Virus record (IMG/VR): IMGVR_UViG_3300050821_017219 | Coordinates: 1-64,000 of that record | Source: a virus | Length of the DNA stretch: 64,000 nt | Strand: one strand, 5' to 3' | Part shown: positions 31,705 through 40,964 of the stretch, in pieces | Numbering within the stretch: position 1 is the stretch's first letter | Layout of the letters: each line of letters begins with the position of its first letter | Program-made: the position numbers and the translations under genes | The notes under the pieces: model-generated | What the model was told of the DNA's origin: nothing | The model's input: the letters and a program-made list of their open reading frames with translations, nothing else | Database searches by the model: none

Positions 31705-32123
31705 GGGTTCTGGTCTGCGGCGGTCGCGACTATCGCGGCATCGAATGCGTCAACGCGACGCTCGATCGCCTCCACGCCGTCTACGGCATCGAGGTGGTCA
31801 TCCATAGCGGCGTCGGTAGTCTTACTGATTTTTACGCCGGAGGATGGGCGACTCATCACGGCGTTGGCCAGCATGTTTTTCGCGCAGATTTCAGAAGCTA
31901 CGGCAAGTCTGCCGGCCCGCGCCGCAACGCCGAGATGCTCCGCAAAGGGAAGCCTGACCTGGTCGTGGTCTTCCCGGGGAGATGCGGAACGCGCGACATG
32001 TTTCACAAGTCGATCCGCGTCGGTGTCGCTGTCGTCGAAATAATGTCGTCGCGCGTCGTAAAAATTCATGGCGAGGCCGTTCGATACGCGCGCGCCTTCG
32101 CTGAAGAAAAGGCGACGCCATGA
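31701..32123 (+). CDS. SLOG/YspA-like (DUF2493) protein 2
   Basis: VLVCGGRDY; GKSAGPRRNAEML; VVFPGRCGT.DM. Confidence 0.8.
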   Translation: MRVLVCGGRDYRGIECVNATLDRLHAVYGIEVVIHSGVGSLTDFYAGGWATHHGVGQHVFRADFRSYGKSAGPRRNAEMLRKGKPDLVVVFPGRCGTRDMFHKSIRVGVAVVEIMSSRVVKIHGEAVRYARAFAEEKATP

Positions 32124-32254
32124 CGCTGCCGATTTTTTGGATGATTCTGCTGCTCGGCGCCTTCGCTATCGTTTTCTGCGGTCTGCTGATCTGGCTGTCA
32201 TTCGTCGAGACGAAGTTTTTAGACGGCTCCAACAAAAACGGCGACGGCGAATGA
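32120..32254 (+). CDS. 44-aa membrane peptide (not in track)
   Basis: MTLPIFWMILLLGAFAIVFCGLLIWLSF...; ATGA-coupled on both sides. Confidence 0.55.
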   Translation: MTLPIFWMILLLGAFAIVFCGLLIWLSFVETKFLDGSNKNGDGE

Positions 32255-33966
32255 CCGCCGCCAACCCGAAACGGCCGTCACCCCTGGCGGCTGCGGCAGC
32301 CATCGTTGACGACGACAGCAACGCCAACGGCGGCGACTTCGACGGCATCAGCGGCATCGTCGCTAAAATTCAACAACAGAATCAATCGTCGACGACTCCG
32401 ACTGCTTCTGCTTCGACACCGCCACCAACAACGCCGCCGAAGCAACGCCAGCAGCCACCGGCGAACACCAAGCGCTTCGCGAAGACCGACACCGGCAACG
32501 CCGAGCGACTCGCCTACTACTTCGGGCAGCGCTTCCGCTACGTCGAGGAGTGGGACGAATTTCTGGTCTGGCGATCGACCCACTGGCAACGCGACCCCCA
32601 GCACGTTCGGGTGGAGGCGTTGACGAAGGAGGTCATCGCCAAAATTCGCGACGAAGCGCGTGGCTTCGGATCAACGACAGCAGAAGGTCGCGCGCTCTAC
32701 GCATGGAGTTTAGAAAGTCAGAAGCGGGCGAAGCGTCAGGCGATGGCCGCGCTCTCCCGAAGCGAGCTGGGGGTAGCCGTCTCCCACGAGAAGTTGGACG
32801 CCAACGCGTGGCTGCTGAACGTCAAGAACGGCGTTTTAGATCTACGCAGCGGTGAACTGTCGCCGCATCGACCGACCGACTTGATCACACGCGTCGCCGA
32901 CGTCAGATTCGATCGCAAAGCTAAAGCCGAAAATTTCAAACGATTTCTGTCGCGTGTGTTGCCGGATGAAGAGACGCGTCTATTTTTGCAGCGCTTCATC
33001 GGCTACAGCCTCACGGGGGATGTGGGGGAGCGCGTTTTCGTCGTTTGCTACGGCGGTGGCCGCAACGGCAAGTCGGTGTTGCTGCGCATCATCCAAGCGA
33101 TGCTCGGCAAATATTCGACGACCTGCGCGCCTGGTCTTTTGATGGCGCGCAAGGATGAAGCTCACCCCGCCGACGTCGCCGACTTATTTGGCGCGAGGTT
33201 GGCGGTGGCTTCTGAAGTCAAAAAAGGCCGAACGTTCGACGAAGAGAAGGTCAAGCGCATCACCGGCAACGACATGCTCAAGGCGCGGCGGATGCGCGAG
33301 AATTTCTGGGAGTTCTTGCCGACGCACAAGATCATCTTGGCGACCAACCACAAGCCGAGGGTGGCGGATGCGACCGACAGTTTTTGGGACCGCATCGCGC
33401 TCATCCCGTTCGACGTGCGCATCGACGATGGTGAAGTCGATCGAAGTCTCGCCGAGCGTCTGATCAAGGAGGAGCTCTCCGGCATCCTTACGTGGGCGAT
33501 GGAGGGCTGCTTGGCGTGGCAGAAGGAGGGGCTGCGCATCCCGAAGGCCATCGTCGACGCGACGCGGGAGTATCGCGCTGCCGAGGACGTCGTAGGGGGC
33601 TTCGTGGGCGAACGCTGCTTGTTCAGCACCATTGAGTTTGAGTCGATAGCGACGCTCATGGCGGCGGCGCAGAAGTGGTGCGCGACCAACGAACGCTTTC
33701 CCTTCAGCAAAAAAGACCTGGGCGAGTGGTTGAAGCAGCACAAGTGCATCGAGGGCCGAGATAAAGCCTGCAAAGTGCGTGGATGGAAGGGAATTCGCCT
33801 ACGAACGCTCTCCGAAATGGCTCCAGACGTTCAAGACGTTCTAGACTCAAATTTACCCTTATCGGTAGGATCGGGAGTTACAGATCCCAATACGCGCGCC
33901 ATAGGTAAAACAGCGTCTGAAACGGCTAGAACGTCTAACGCTAAAAAAGGCGATAAAATCAACTAG
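32251..33966 (+). CDS. D5/P4-family SF3 helicase (D5_N, ATPase, C-terminal wHTH)
   Basis: TDTGNAERL; LNVKNGVLDL; GGGRNGKS Walker A; VKRITGND; ATNHKP. Confidence 0.9.
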   Translation: MTAANPKRPSPLAAAAAIVDDDSNANGGDFDGISGIVAKIQQQNQSSTTPTASASTPPPTTPPKQRQQPPANTKRFAKTDTGNAERLAYYFGQRFRYVEEWDEFLVWRSTHWQRDPQHVRVEALTKEVIAKIRDEARGFGSTTAEGRALYAWSLESQKRAKRQAMAALSRSELGVAVSHEKLDANAWLLNVKNGVLDLRSGELSPHRPTDLITRVADVRFDRKAKAENFKRFLSRVLPDEETRLFLQRFIGYSLTGDVGERVFVVCYGGGRNGKSVLLRIIQAMLGKYSTTCAPGLLMARKDEAHPADVADLFGARLAVASEVKKGRTFDEEKVKRITGNDMLKARRMRENFWEFLPTHKIILATNHKPRVADATDSFWDRIALIPFDVRIDDGEVDRSLAERLIKEELSGILTWAMEGCLAWQKEGLRIPKAIVDATREYRAAEDVVGGFVGERCLFSTIEFESIATLMAAAQKWCATNERFPFSKKDLGEWLKQHKCIEGRDKACKVRGWKGIRLRTLSEMAPDVQDVLDSNLPLSVGSGVTDPNTRAIGKTASETARTSNAKKGDKIN

Positions 33967-33980
33967 TTGCAGAAACGTCT
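33825..33980. repeat. AT-richer tract with AGACGTT direct and inverted repeats; candidate replication origin
   Basis: agacgtt at 33825 and 33834; aacgtct at 33930 and 33974; perfect 11-bp IR 33834-33844/33926-33936. Confidence 0.4.
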
Positions 33981-33982
33981 AC

Positions 33983-34396
33983 GTGACCGATCTCACAAAC
34001 AGCCACGGTTTTATAGCTCAGCCGGAAAGCCGCCAGATGAAGACCGCCAAGCACTACGCCGACCTTCTCGTCAACAACGTCACAAAAACGGTGGCGGCGC
34101 CGACCATCGAAGACTGGCGCGCCGAAGCCGAAAAAATCTTCGCCTTCATTCTGTTCCAACCGCAGCATCGGCCCAACATTCGCGTCAACGAGCAGATCAT
34201 CGCTACGACGGTCATCTACATCGACAGCGTCGGCAACAAGTGGGGCGAGATCGAGACGGCAGAAGCGATTCGTCGCGCGAAGGCGTTAGGGTTGTCACTC
34301 GTCGAGATCAACCCGCGCGCGTCGCCACCGGTCTGCAAGGCGATCAAGTGGCCCTACAGAAAAAAGCCGACCGAACCACCGCCGGAGATCGTATGA
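33983..34396 (+). CDS. Protein carrying only the N-terminal domain of translation initiation factor IF3
   Basis: NIRVNEQI...V.YID..G...G.I...EAI..A...GL.LVEINP.ASPPVCK matches IF3-N; no IF3-C domain. Confidence 0.8.
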   Translation: MTDLTNSHGFIAQPESRQMKTAKHYADLLVNNVTKTVAAPTIEDWRAEAEKIFAFILFQPQHRPNIRVNEQIIATTVIYIDSVGNKWGEIETAEAIRRAKALGLSLVEINPRASPPVCKAIKWPYRKKPTEPPPEIV

Positions 34397-34704
34397 GCAA
34401 CGTCAACGGCAAGACGAATGGCATCGCCAAAAAATCCGAAGCTGATGCCGCTTCCGACGACGACGTCGATACGCTTCCGACCATCGAAGCCGTCGTCGAA
34501 GCCTTCCTCGCCGACTCGACGTCGCCCGATCGTGCCTCCTTCACGTCGACGGCGGACATCATGGCGGCGGCGCGCGCGTGGTGCGACGACCGCGGCGAGT
34601 TTCGCTTCGGCCGGCGCTTGCTCGCGAAGCAGCTGCAGCAGCGTGGGTGCAAGCCGCAGCGGACGAACACACAGCGGGGATGGAGAGGAGTGAGGTTGCG
34701 ATGA
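34393..34704 (+). CDS. Stand-alone winged-helix paralog of the D5 helicase C-terminal domain
   Basis: IMAAARAWC...F....L...L....RGWRGVRLR versus LMAAAQKWC...F...L...L...RGWKGIRLR. Confidence 0.7.
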   Translation: MSNVNGKTNGIAKKSEADAASDDDVDTLPTIEAVVEAFLADSTSPDRASFTSTADIMAAARAWCDDRGEFRFGRRLLAKQLQQRGCKPQRTNTQRGWRGVRLR

Positions 34705-35626
34705 CGAAGGAATGGTTTGAAGGCGTCACGCGAGAATTCGGCATGCCGGGCCGCGCGGAGGAACGCATCCGCCGATGCCCTAGAACGCCGGGTTGGTACA
34801 TCGCCGAGCTCGAGTTCGCTTGCTGCGGCGTCGGTGGGGCCGCCCACCTGATCCCTATCGGCGCGTGGATCTACGTCGCCGACGATGACGGATACGTTTG
34901 CTGCGAGAATCATCCGCCTTACGGCGGGTTTCCAGTACGTCGATGAACTACGTCGTCAAAGACGAGCACAACCGCTACCACCGCGAGGTGCACGAGCTGC
35001 GCGGGAAGCGTTGGCATCGCCGCTTCGAGTGGGTCACGTCGCGGCTCGAAGCGACGGTCTTCACGACTTACACGGCGGCGAAGTTTCGGCGCGACAGCCT
35101 CTACACGACGGCGGCGATTTTCGTCGTCGAGCTGACGTGAATAGAAGCGCGGCGGGTGACGTCTAACGAGGCGGAGGCTGAGTCTTCGATGAAAACAGAG
35201 CGCAACTACGAGACCGAGAAGGCTGCGCATGAAAAGACACGTCTGGAGCGCAACGACGCCCAGAAGCGCGCGCAAAGCCTGATCGGAACCGTCAGAGGCC
35301 TCGAAGCGAAGGTGAAGCGTCTCGAAGAGCAGAACTTGCGGCAGGAAAAATTGATCGCTGGTCTCGAAAGCGGAGAGAGACGTGAGTTTCAGCAGCGATG
35401 CCGCCTTCTAGATCAACTTCGACAACTAGTGACGGAGGCAGACGACCGATGACTGAGCCGCTCCGGTGTGATTTCTGCAGGCGCACGGATGGTGGGCCAT
35501 TCGCTGAAAAGACGAGGCGCGGGCGTATTTTGAAGCAGGCTGACTTCCCGTGGATCATCTGCAAGCGTTGCTGCGACGCGGCATCGAGGTCAAGTGGGGA
35601 CCGACGTACACATTCAAGGTGGAGCC

Positions 35627-36196
35627 ATGAACGACGAAGACAAGAAGCTGATCGAAGAGGCGGAGCGACTCGACGCGGAAGCGACGCCGGGGTGGGCTAG
35701 CTATCCAGTGGGGTTCTGCGGGTACGCCTACGAAACCGTTTGGGCGAAAAACGTAGACGACGAACCTCTGTTTGAATCGTACAGCCAACCCGACACGCGC
35801 TTCGTCGTCGCCGCTCGTACGCTGCTGCCTCAGCTCGCGAAGCGTCTGCGCGAAGCGTTGAACGTTCCCGACGTTCCGCCGGAGCCGCCGAAGCTGCCGG
35901 AGCCGCTCGTCGACGGCTACTACTGGGTCCGCCTCCCTAGCGACGCGCCGATCATCGCCGAGCGCGAAACGTATGGCGGACGCGCTCACTGGTTCCATTT
36001 CGGTGCCGATGGTTCTGACAACGTCGAACCGCTGTTCGGCCCACTGCAGCCACCCGCCGTCACAAACACGTCGCCGATTGTTCCATGGCCTGTCGATCTA
36101 CCTCCGCGTTTCAATGGCGGAGTTCAATGCGATGCCCTCGAAGGCCCGTGCGCATGCGGCGCGTGGCACTCTAAGGTCACAAACGTCACGAAATAA
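35627..36196 (+). CDS. Ead/Ea22-like phage protein
   Basis: ATPGW...DTRFVVAARTLLPQL. Confidence 0.5.
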   Translation: MNDEDKKLIEEAERLDAEATPGWASYPVGFCGYAYETVWAKNVDDEPLFESYSQPDTRFVVAARTLLPQLAKRLREALNVPDVPPEPPKLPEPLVDGYYWVRLPSDAPIIAERETYGGRAHWFHFGADGSDNVEPLFGPLQPPAVTNTSPIVPWPVDLPPRFNGGVQCDALEGPCACGAWHSKVTNVTK

Positions 36197-36282
36197 CAGC
36201 CAGATTTGACGGAGCGACCAAAATGTCTCATCATCGACTCAACGATCGGCGACGCGTCGTGGCGGATGTCGGTCTCGCGCTT

Positions 36283-36325
36283 CCGTCGCCCCCCTCGCCT
36301 AGCCGCCAGGGGGGCGACGGTTTCT
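36283..36325 (+). terminator. Possible intrinsic terminator
   Basis: Perfect 13-bp stem ccgtcgcccccct/aggggggcgacgg followed by TTTCT. Confidence 0.4.
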
Positions 36326-37883
36326 CAGGCGCAGACGTCAAGATGCCGTTGACTCCGCCAGCGGCAATCTACGTCACGACGATGCGTCTCGTGGGCGGCG
36401 AAGGCGGCGTCTGGGTTTGGTTCAACGTCGAGGTGCCATTGTGATGCGCCACGGCTACTTCCTTCCCGGGCGCGGTCTCTTCGGCGACATCGACCTCGCT
36501 GTTGATGCGCAAACGTTCTGGTCCCTAAGCCCAGCGGGGGACTTCCTCTGGAAGCACCTCGGCCACTACGACGGCGCTTCGATATGGATCACCAATGACG
36601 GCCGAACCACCATCCGTTTGTGCCTCCAAGACTTCTTCAGCGAGAAGTTCCGCGTCGAGGTTCGCGACTGGAGTGGTATCAGTTGGGAGCGCGCGCGATG
36701 AAACACTCGCCACTCGTCGGCGACTCCGTCAGCATCACTCGGGGCGTCTCCCTCGTCTGCCCATTCTGCGGCGGTACCGTCGACATGGGCGACCTCTCCT
36801 GTGGTGGCGTTGGCGCGATCCATACGTTCCCCACCTGCGACACGTTCGATCGTCTCACCGTCGACGAGTTTGCCTACGCCTGCCGCATCGCCATCGAAGC
36901 GACGGTGAAGGCGGAAAAAGCATCGTGATCGATCTTCATGAAGGCGTCGCCGAAATCTTCGCTGCGGCGCAACAAGACGACGGCGTCGACCACGGCGACC
37001 TTCGGTTCGACTCAGACACCGCGCGGAGCCTCACCTACGAAGCCGCTTTCATTGCGCAGGCGCGCCTCGCCGAAGGTGTCACGCGATGGCGTTGCGCTAC
37101 CTGCGGCGAGGAAGTAGAACAACGACCCGGCGTTCGTGTGGCGTTTCACATGGGAAACCTACGCGACTCGAACTGTGGCCGACGAGAAGCGCCTAGAGAC
37201 TTTCAAGAGACGCAAAATCGTCTTGCTGTCGCGCCCGCTTTGACTTACCGTAACTCCTCACGCTGACGCCGCCGCTTCGTGCCGCCGCGTCGGTAGCTAC
37301 CGCGAGACTTGAAGTCGACGAAAATTCAATCGTCGAAAACCACGACTGAAAGGCGTTGCCGATGGCGTCGAAGTTTCGACAGATTTCTGTGTCGTCTGTT
37401 CCCGACGATAATGATGGCGTCATCGATAGCGTCTACGCGCTCGATGAAGCCGGCGTCGTCTGGCTGTTCAACAACACCGACGAGCGGTGGGAGGCGCTCT
37501 CGAAGCAGCGGTATGTCGCTGGCGCGTCGAACGACGATGCCGGCGAAGACGAGGGGGAGTGATGCCACCGACAAAAGAAGAAGTTGCTGACGTTCAGGAA
37601 ACTTGGTTCGGTTGGTTGCTGAAGGATGGTGGTTGATGCCATCTTACAACGACTGGCCGACGAACGACGAAGATTGGGCCTTCCGTCAACAGCTTCGTCT
37701 TCGCGACGCGCGATGGCAGCGGTTGGAGCCGACCTACAACGAGCTCGAAGCGGCGCTCAACAAGGCCACCGCCGAAATCATCGCGCTGAAGGCCGCGCAC
37801 AAAGCCGCGATGGAGACGGCGCTAAAGGCGCAACAGGAATACTACGACGGGCAAGCAATCCACCAAGCCTCGTGGGGCGGCTG

Positions 37884-38705
37884 ATGCCCATCCCCTCTTC
37901 CGCGCTCGAGAACGATCCGTTCCTCCGCGTCTTGGTGATGGGACCACCGAAGCTCGGAAAGACGACCACCGCCATCACTACCTCCGAAGGCAAGACGCGC
38001 GTTCTGCTCTGCGAAGCCGACTCGGCGCTCTCCGAGGCCAAGCGCCGCAAGGGCAACTTCGACTTCGAGCGTTGCCTTAGCGATAAAGCCTACGAGCAGA
38101 TGACGACCTTCCTTGCGCAAGCGAAGGAGGACGCCAAATCCGGAAGCATCCAGAATCTTCTGATCGATCCGTTGAGCGACTTTGCGGATCGACTGTTGGC
38201 GCAGTCGCACAAACTCAACCTGACGAAGGGTGGAGAAGAAGACGGACGGCGCGCCTACCCGCAGTGCACCAAACGGCTGCTACACTGCCTCGACCTCGCC
38301 TTTACTATTCCCTGCCACGTCATCGTCGTCTGCCACTACATCGACGTCGGCGGCCAAGAGTTACCCGGCGCGCTGGAAAAGACCGGAGACGGCATCGTTC
38401 CTCTTCTTCCCGGGCAAGCACGCGCTCGCGTGGCGGCGAAGTTCAACGACGTCGTCTGGTTCGACATCGACAAGGCCGACAACGAGAAGCGCATCTTCGT
38501 TACCGGCCCGCAAGGCGCGTGGGGGCCGGGATGCCGAAGTCTGAGCCGCTTCGCGATCCTGCCGGCCGACTTCACGAAGCTGATCGAAACCTTCAAGACC
38601 GGTCTGCCGAAAAAGGCTGCGCCAACGACGACGCCAACGAATGGCGTTGCGAAGTCGCCGTTGAAATCGCCAACAAAACCGCAGCCGCCGCAGCCACGCA
38701 AATAA
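37884..38705 (+). CDS. AAA_24 (Sak4-like) ATPase/recombination protein
   Basis: GPPKLGKTT; LLIDPLS; HVIVVCH; start refined to ATG 37884. Confidence 0.8.
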   Translation: MPIPSSALENDPFLRVLVMGPPKLGKTTTAITTSEGKTRVLLCEADSALSEAKRRKGNFDFERCLSDKAYEQMTTFLAQAKEDAKSGSIQNLLIDPLSDFADRLLAQSHKLNLTKGGEEDGRRAYPQCTKRLLHCLDLAFTIPCHVIVVCHYIDVGGQELPGALEKTGDGIVPLLPGQARARVAAKFNDVVWFDIDKADNEKRIFVTGPQGAWGPGCRSLSRFAILPADFTKLIETFKTGLPKKAAPTTTPTNGVAKSPLKSPTKPQPPQPRK

Positions 38706-38801
38706 AGACGTTGCCTCGATTGTCGCTGCCTTCAGACTCATCGACAATCTAAGCGCGAAACCGACACGACAACCTCAAACCGAGACAAGAGAACATCATC
38801 A

Positions 38802-39407
38802 ATGCCTCCCTCCAATCACGCAGAAGAGCAGCAATCCTACGGCGGTCAGTCCTTCCAGCCCTTCGAGTTCGACGAGACGGTCGAGCCCGATCTCTACGAC
38901 GGCAGCTACGAGCTCGAAATCTCCGACGTCAAGTTTCGGATGTCGAACCCCGATGCGTCGACGGGCGTCGCCTACCCGCAGCTCGTCATCGAGTGGAAGG
39001 CCATCGAGACCACCGAGGAGAGCGAAGAGTGTCGCCGCAGCGTCGGTAACACCATCAGCGAGTTCCTCACCTTCCGACCGAAGGGCGACCGCAAGGGGAA
39101 CATGTCGAAGCAGCGGTTGACCCTACTGCGCAACAAATTCGGCATCGGCAGCGACGTCATGCCGACGCAGATCACTTCCCCCAGCGACTTCGACGACCTC
39201 CGCGGCGCGCTGAAGGGCCAACGCATGACGGCGACAGCGGTCAACAAGACCGACAAGACCGGCGCGTTGCGAACGAATCTCGTCATCGAAGCGGCGGGCG
39301 GTGGCGCCGTCGAGGCGGAGGAAGAGGAGACGGTTGCGAAGCCTGCAGCGAAGTCGCCGAAGGCAACCGCAGCCAAATCGAAGGCGGCGCCGTCGAAGCG
39401 TCGATAA
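38802..39407 (+). CDS. Putative ssDNA-binding protein (DUF669-like)
   Basis: Position after AAA_24; DGSYELEISDV OB-like start; acidic then basic tail. Confidence 0.55.
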   Translation: MPPSNHAEEQQSYGGQSFQPFEFDETVEPDLYDGSYELEISDVKFRMSNPDASTGVAYPQLVIEWKAIETTEESEECRRSVGNTISEFLTFRPKGDRKGNMSKQRLTLLRNKFGIGSDVMPTQITSPSDFDDLRGALKGQRMTATAVNKTDKTGALRTNLVIEAAGGGAVEAEEEETVAKPAAKSPKATAAKSKAAPSKRR

Positions 39408-39676
39408 AGACGTCGGTCGACGGTTAGTTGAGTGTCGTTTTCGATTCTCATCGGCCATCGAGTCTGAATAGCGGCGCCGCAGCGCTACGACGAAGGCTTC
39501 TGCGGCATCTTGAGGCGGCTGCTTCGGTCATACGAGCAGCAGACATAGACCCGTGGAGGGTTGAAAGCGGTGGTTCGTAACCCCGTCGCCTCTCTGACGC
39601 TTCGATAGCGTTTATTTGCGCGCGCAGACAGACGCAATCGATGCGTCACATTTGAATTCGATTTTGGAGAAACAAA

Positions 39677-39940
39677 ATGTCTGAAAACCACGACAACGAT
39701 TCGTCTACGCCGAAGAAGCTTCACGGCTTCGCAGCTTGGTCGAAAGAGCGTCAACGTGAGGCTGCCTCGAAGGGCGGTAAGACCGCTCACGCTCTGGGTA
39801 CAGCTCACAAATTCTCTGGCGACGAAGCGAGAGAAGCCGGCCGACGCGGCGGGTTGGCCATCGCAGCGAAGAAGCGGCGCATGAAAGAAGAAGCAGAATT
39901 GAAGACATTCGTCGAAATCGAAGAAACGACGCCGCGATGA
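39677..39940 (+). CDS. KGG-repeat general stress protein
   Basis: GFAAWSKERQREAASKGG; AHKFSGDEAREAGRRGG. Confidence 0.85.
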   Translation: MSENHDNDSSTPKKLHGFAAWSKERQREAASKGGKTAHALGTAHKFSGDEAREAGRRGGLAIAAKKRRMKEEAELKTFVEIEETTPR

Positions 39941-40404
39941 TGCCGATGATGCCGCGAGTATTTCTCGTCACGCCTTACGCCGAAGTCATCGCAGACAAAT
40001 ACAAGACAGATGGATACAACTGGCTTCATCGGCCAAACGTCATCTTCGCGCAGCGTTGCATGGCTGATTGTCTTCGTCGCGAGGAAGCCGTCTTCGCTTG
40101 CCACTTGCTCTACACGCAACCCGGCGTCTTAGACGACGCCAAAACCGACGAAAGGCATCTCGGTCTAACCGCCGGTCGTCGGTTCCTCGCGGTCTGCGAC
40201 CGCGCCGTCTGCTACGTCGATCGCGGCATCTCGAGCGGAATGCGCGGCGACTTGGAAGAGGCGTTGAGACTGAAGACGCCGATCAACTTTCGGCGGCTCG
40301 ACGGAGCGATGGTCGGTGGAACGTTTCTTCATACGTATTCGGTTCCGCATTGGCCGTGCGGTTTGTGTCTAGACGTGGCGTTGTCGAAAGTCTCGGCGAG
40401 ATGA
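39937..40404 (+). CDS. Nucleoside deoxyribosyltransferase-like phage protein
   Basis: TPY; HLLYTQ.GVLDD...ER..G; CD...Y.DRGISSGM. Confidence 0.65.
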   Translation: MMPMMPRVFLVTPYAEVIADKYKTDGYNWLHRPNVIFAQRCMADCLRREEAVFACHLLYTQPGVLDDAKTDERHLGLTAGRRFLAVCDRAVCYVDRGISSGMRGDLEEALRLKTPINFRRLDGAMVGGTFLHTYSVPHWPCGLCLDVALSKVSAR

Positions 40405-40964
40405 TGCAATCCTTCATCGTTGGCTTCGAGGATTTCGCCGACAAGCCGGCTTGCGTCATCAAATCCAACGACGGCGAAAACGCGTTCATTCTCGTTGCGC
40501 TGACGCGTGGCGAGATGACGATCGAGCGGCGCAATCGCATCGCGCGGTTGGCGCAATCGCTCGCCGTCGAATGTACGGGCGGGATGCCGCTAGAGATCAG
40601 CAACAACCCGAAGGATGCGTCGTGAAAGTCGAAGATTTGGTCGGCAAACGCGTGCGACTCCACCTCTCGGGCGGGCGCGTCGTCGAAGGTGTCTGCGGCG
40701 ATACGGTCTCCCACGGTATTCGAGGCAACAGTTTCGTAGTGTTTCCGTCGCCGGACAAGCGAGGAATGTACTACGTCGATGCGTCGCGCCAGGTCGACGT
40801 TTGGCGCGACGAGGCGTGGATGGCGGTGGAGTTTGACAAGTGATCCCAATGCCTGACGAATTGGTGGGTCAATCAGAAGGATTCGATCTTCATCGAATTC
40901 TACTGATCCTAGGTGGAATGGCCTTCGTTATGCCGTTCTCGGTGGCATTCGTCTATTCTCTTGC

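Noticed and set aside
32068-32250. Track N-terminal extensions (32068, 37626, 48500, 52045, 6191, 23043)
   Set aside because: They overlap upstream genes; downstream starts with SD, ATGA coupling or a -10 box fit better.
39560-39595. GGTTCG as a tRNA T-loop
   Set aside because: No cloverleaf, D-arm or acceptor stem could be built.
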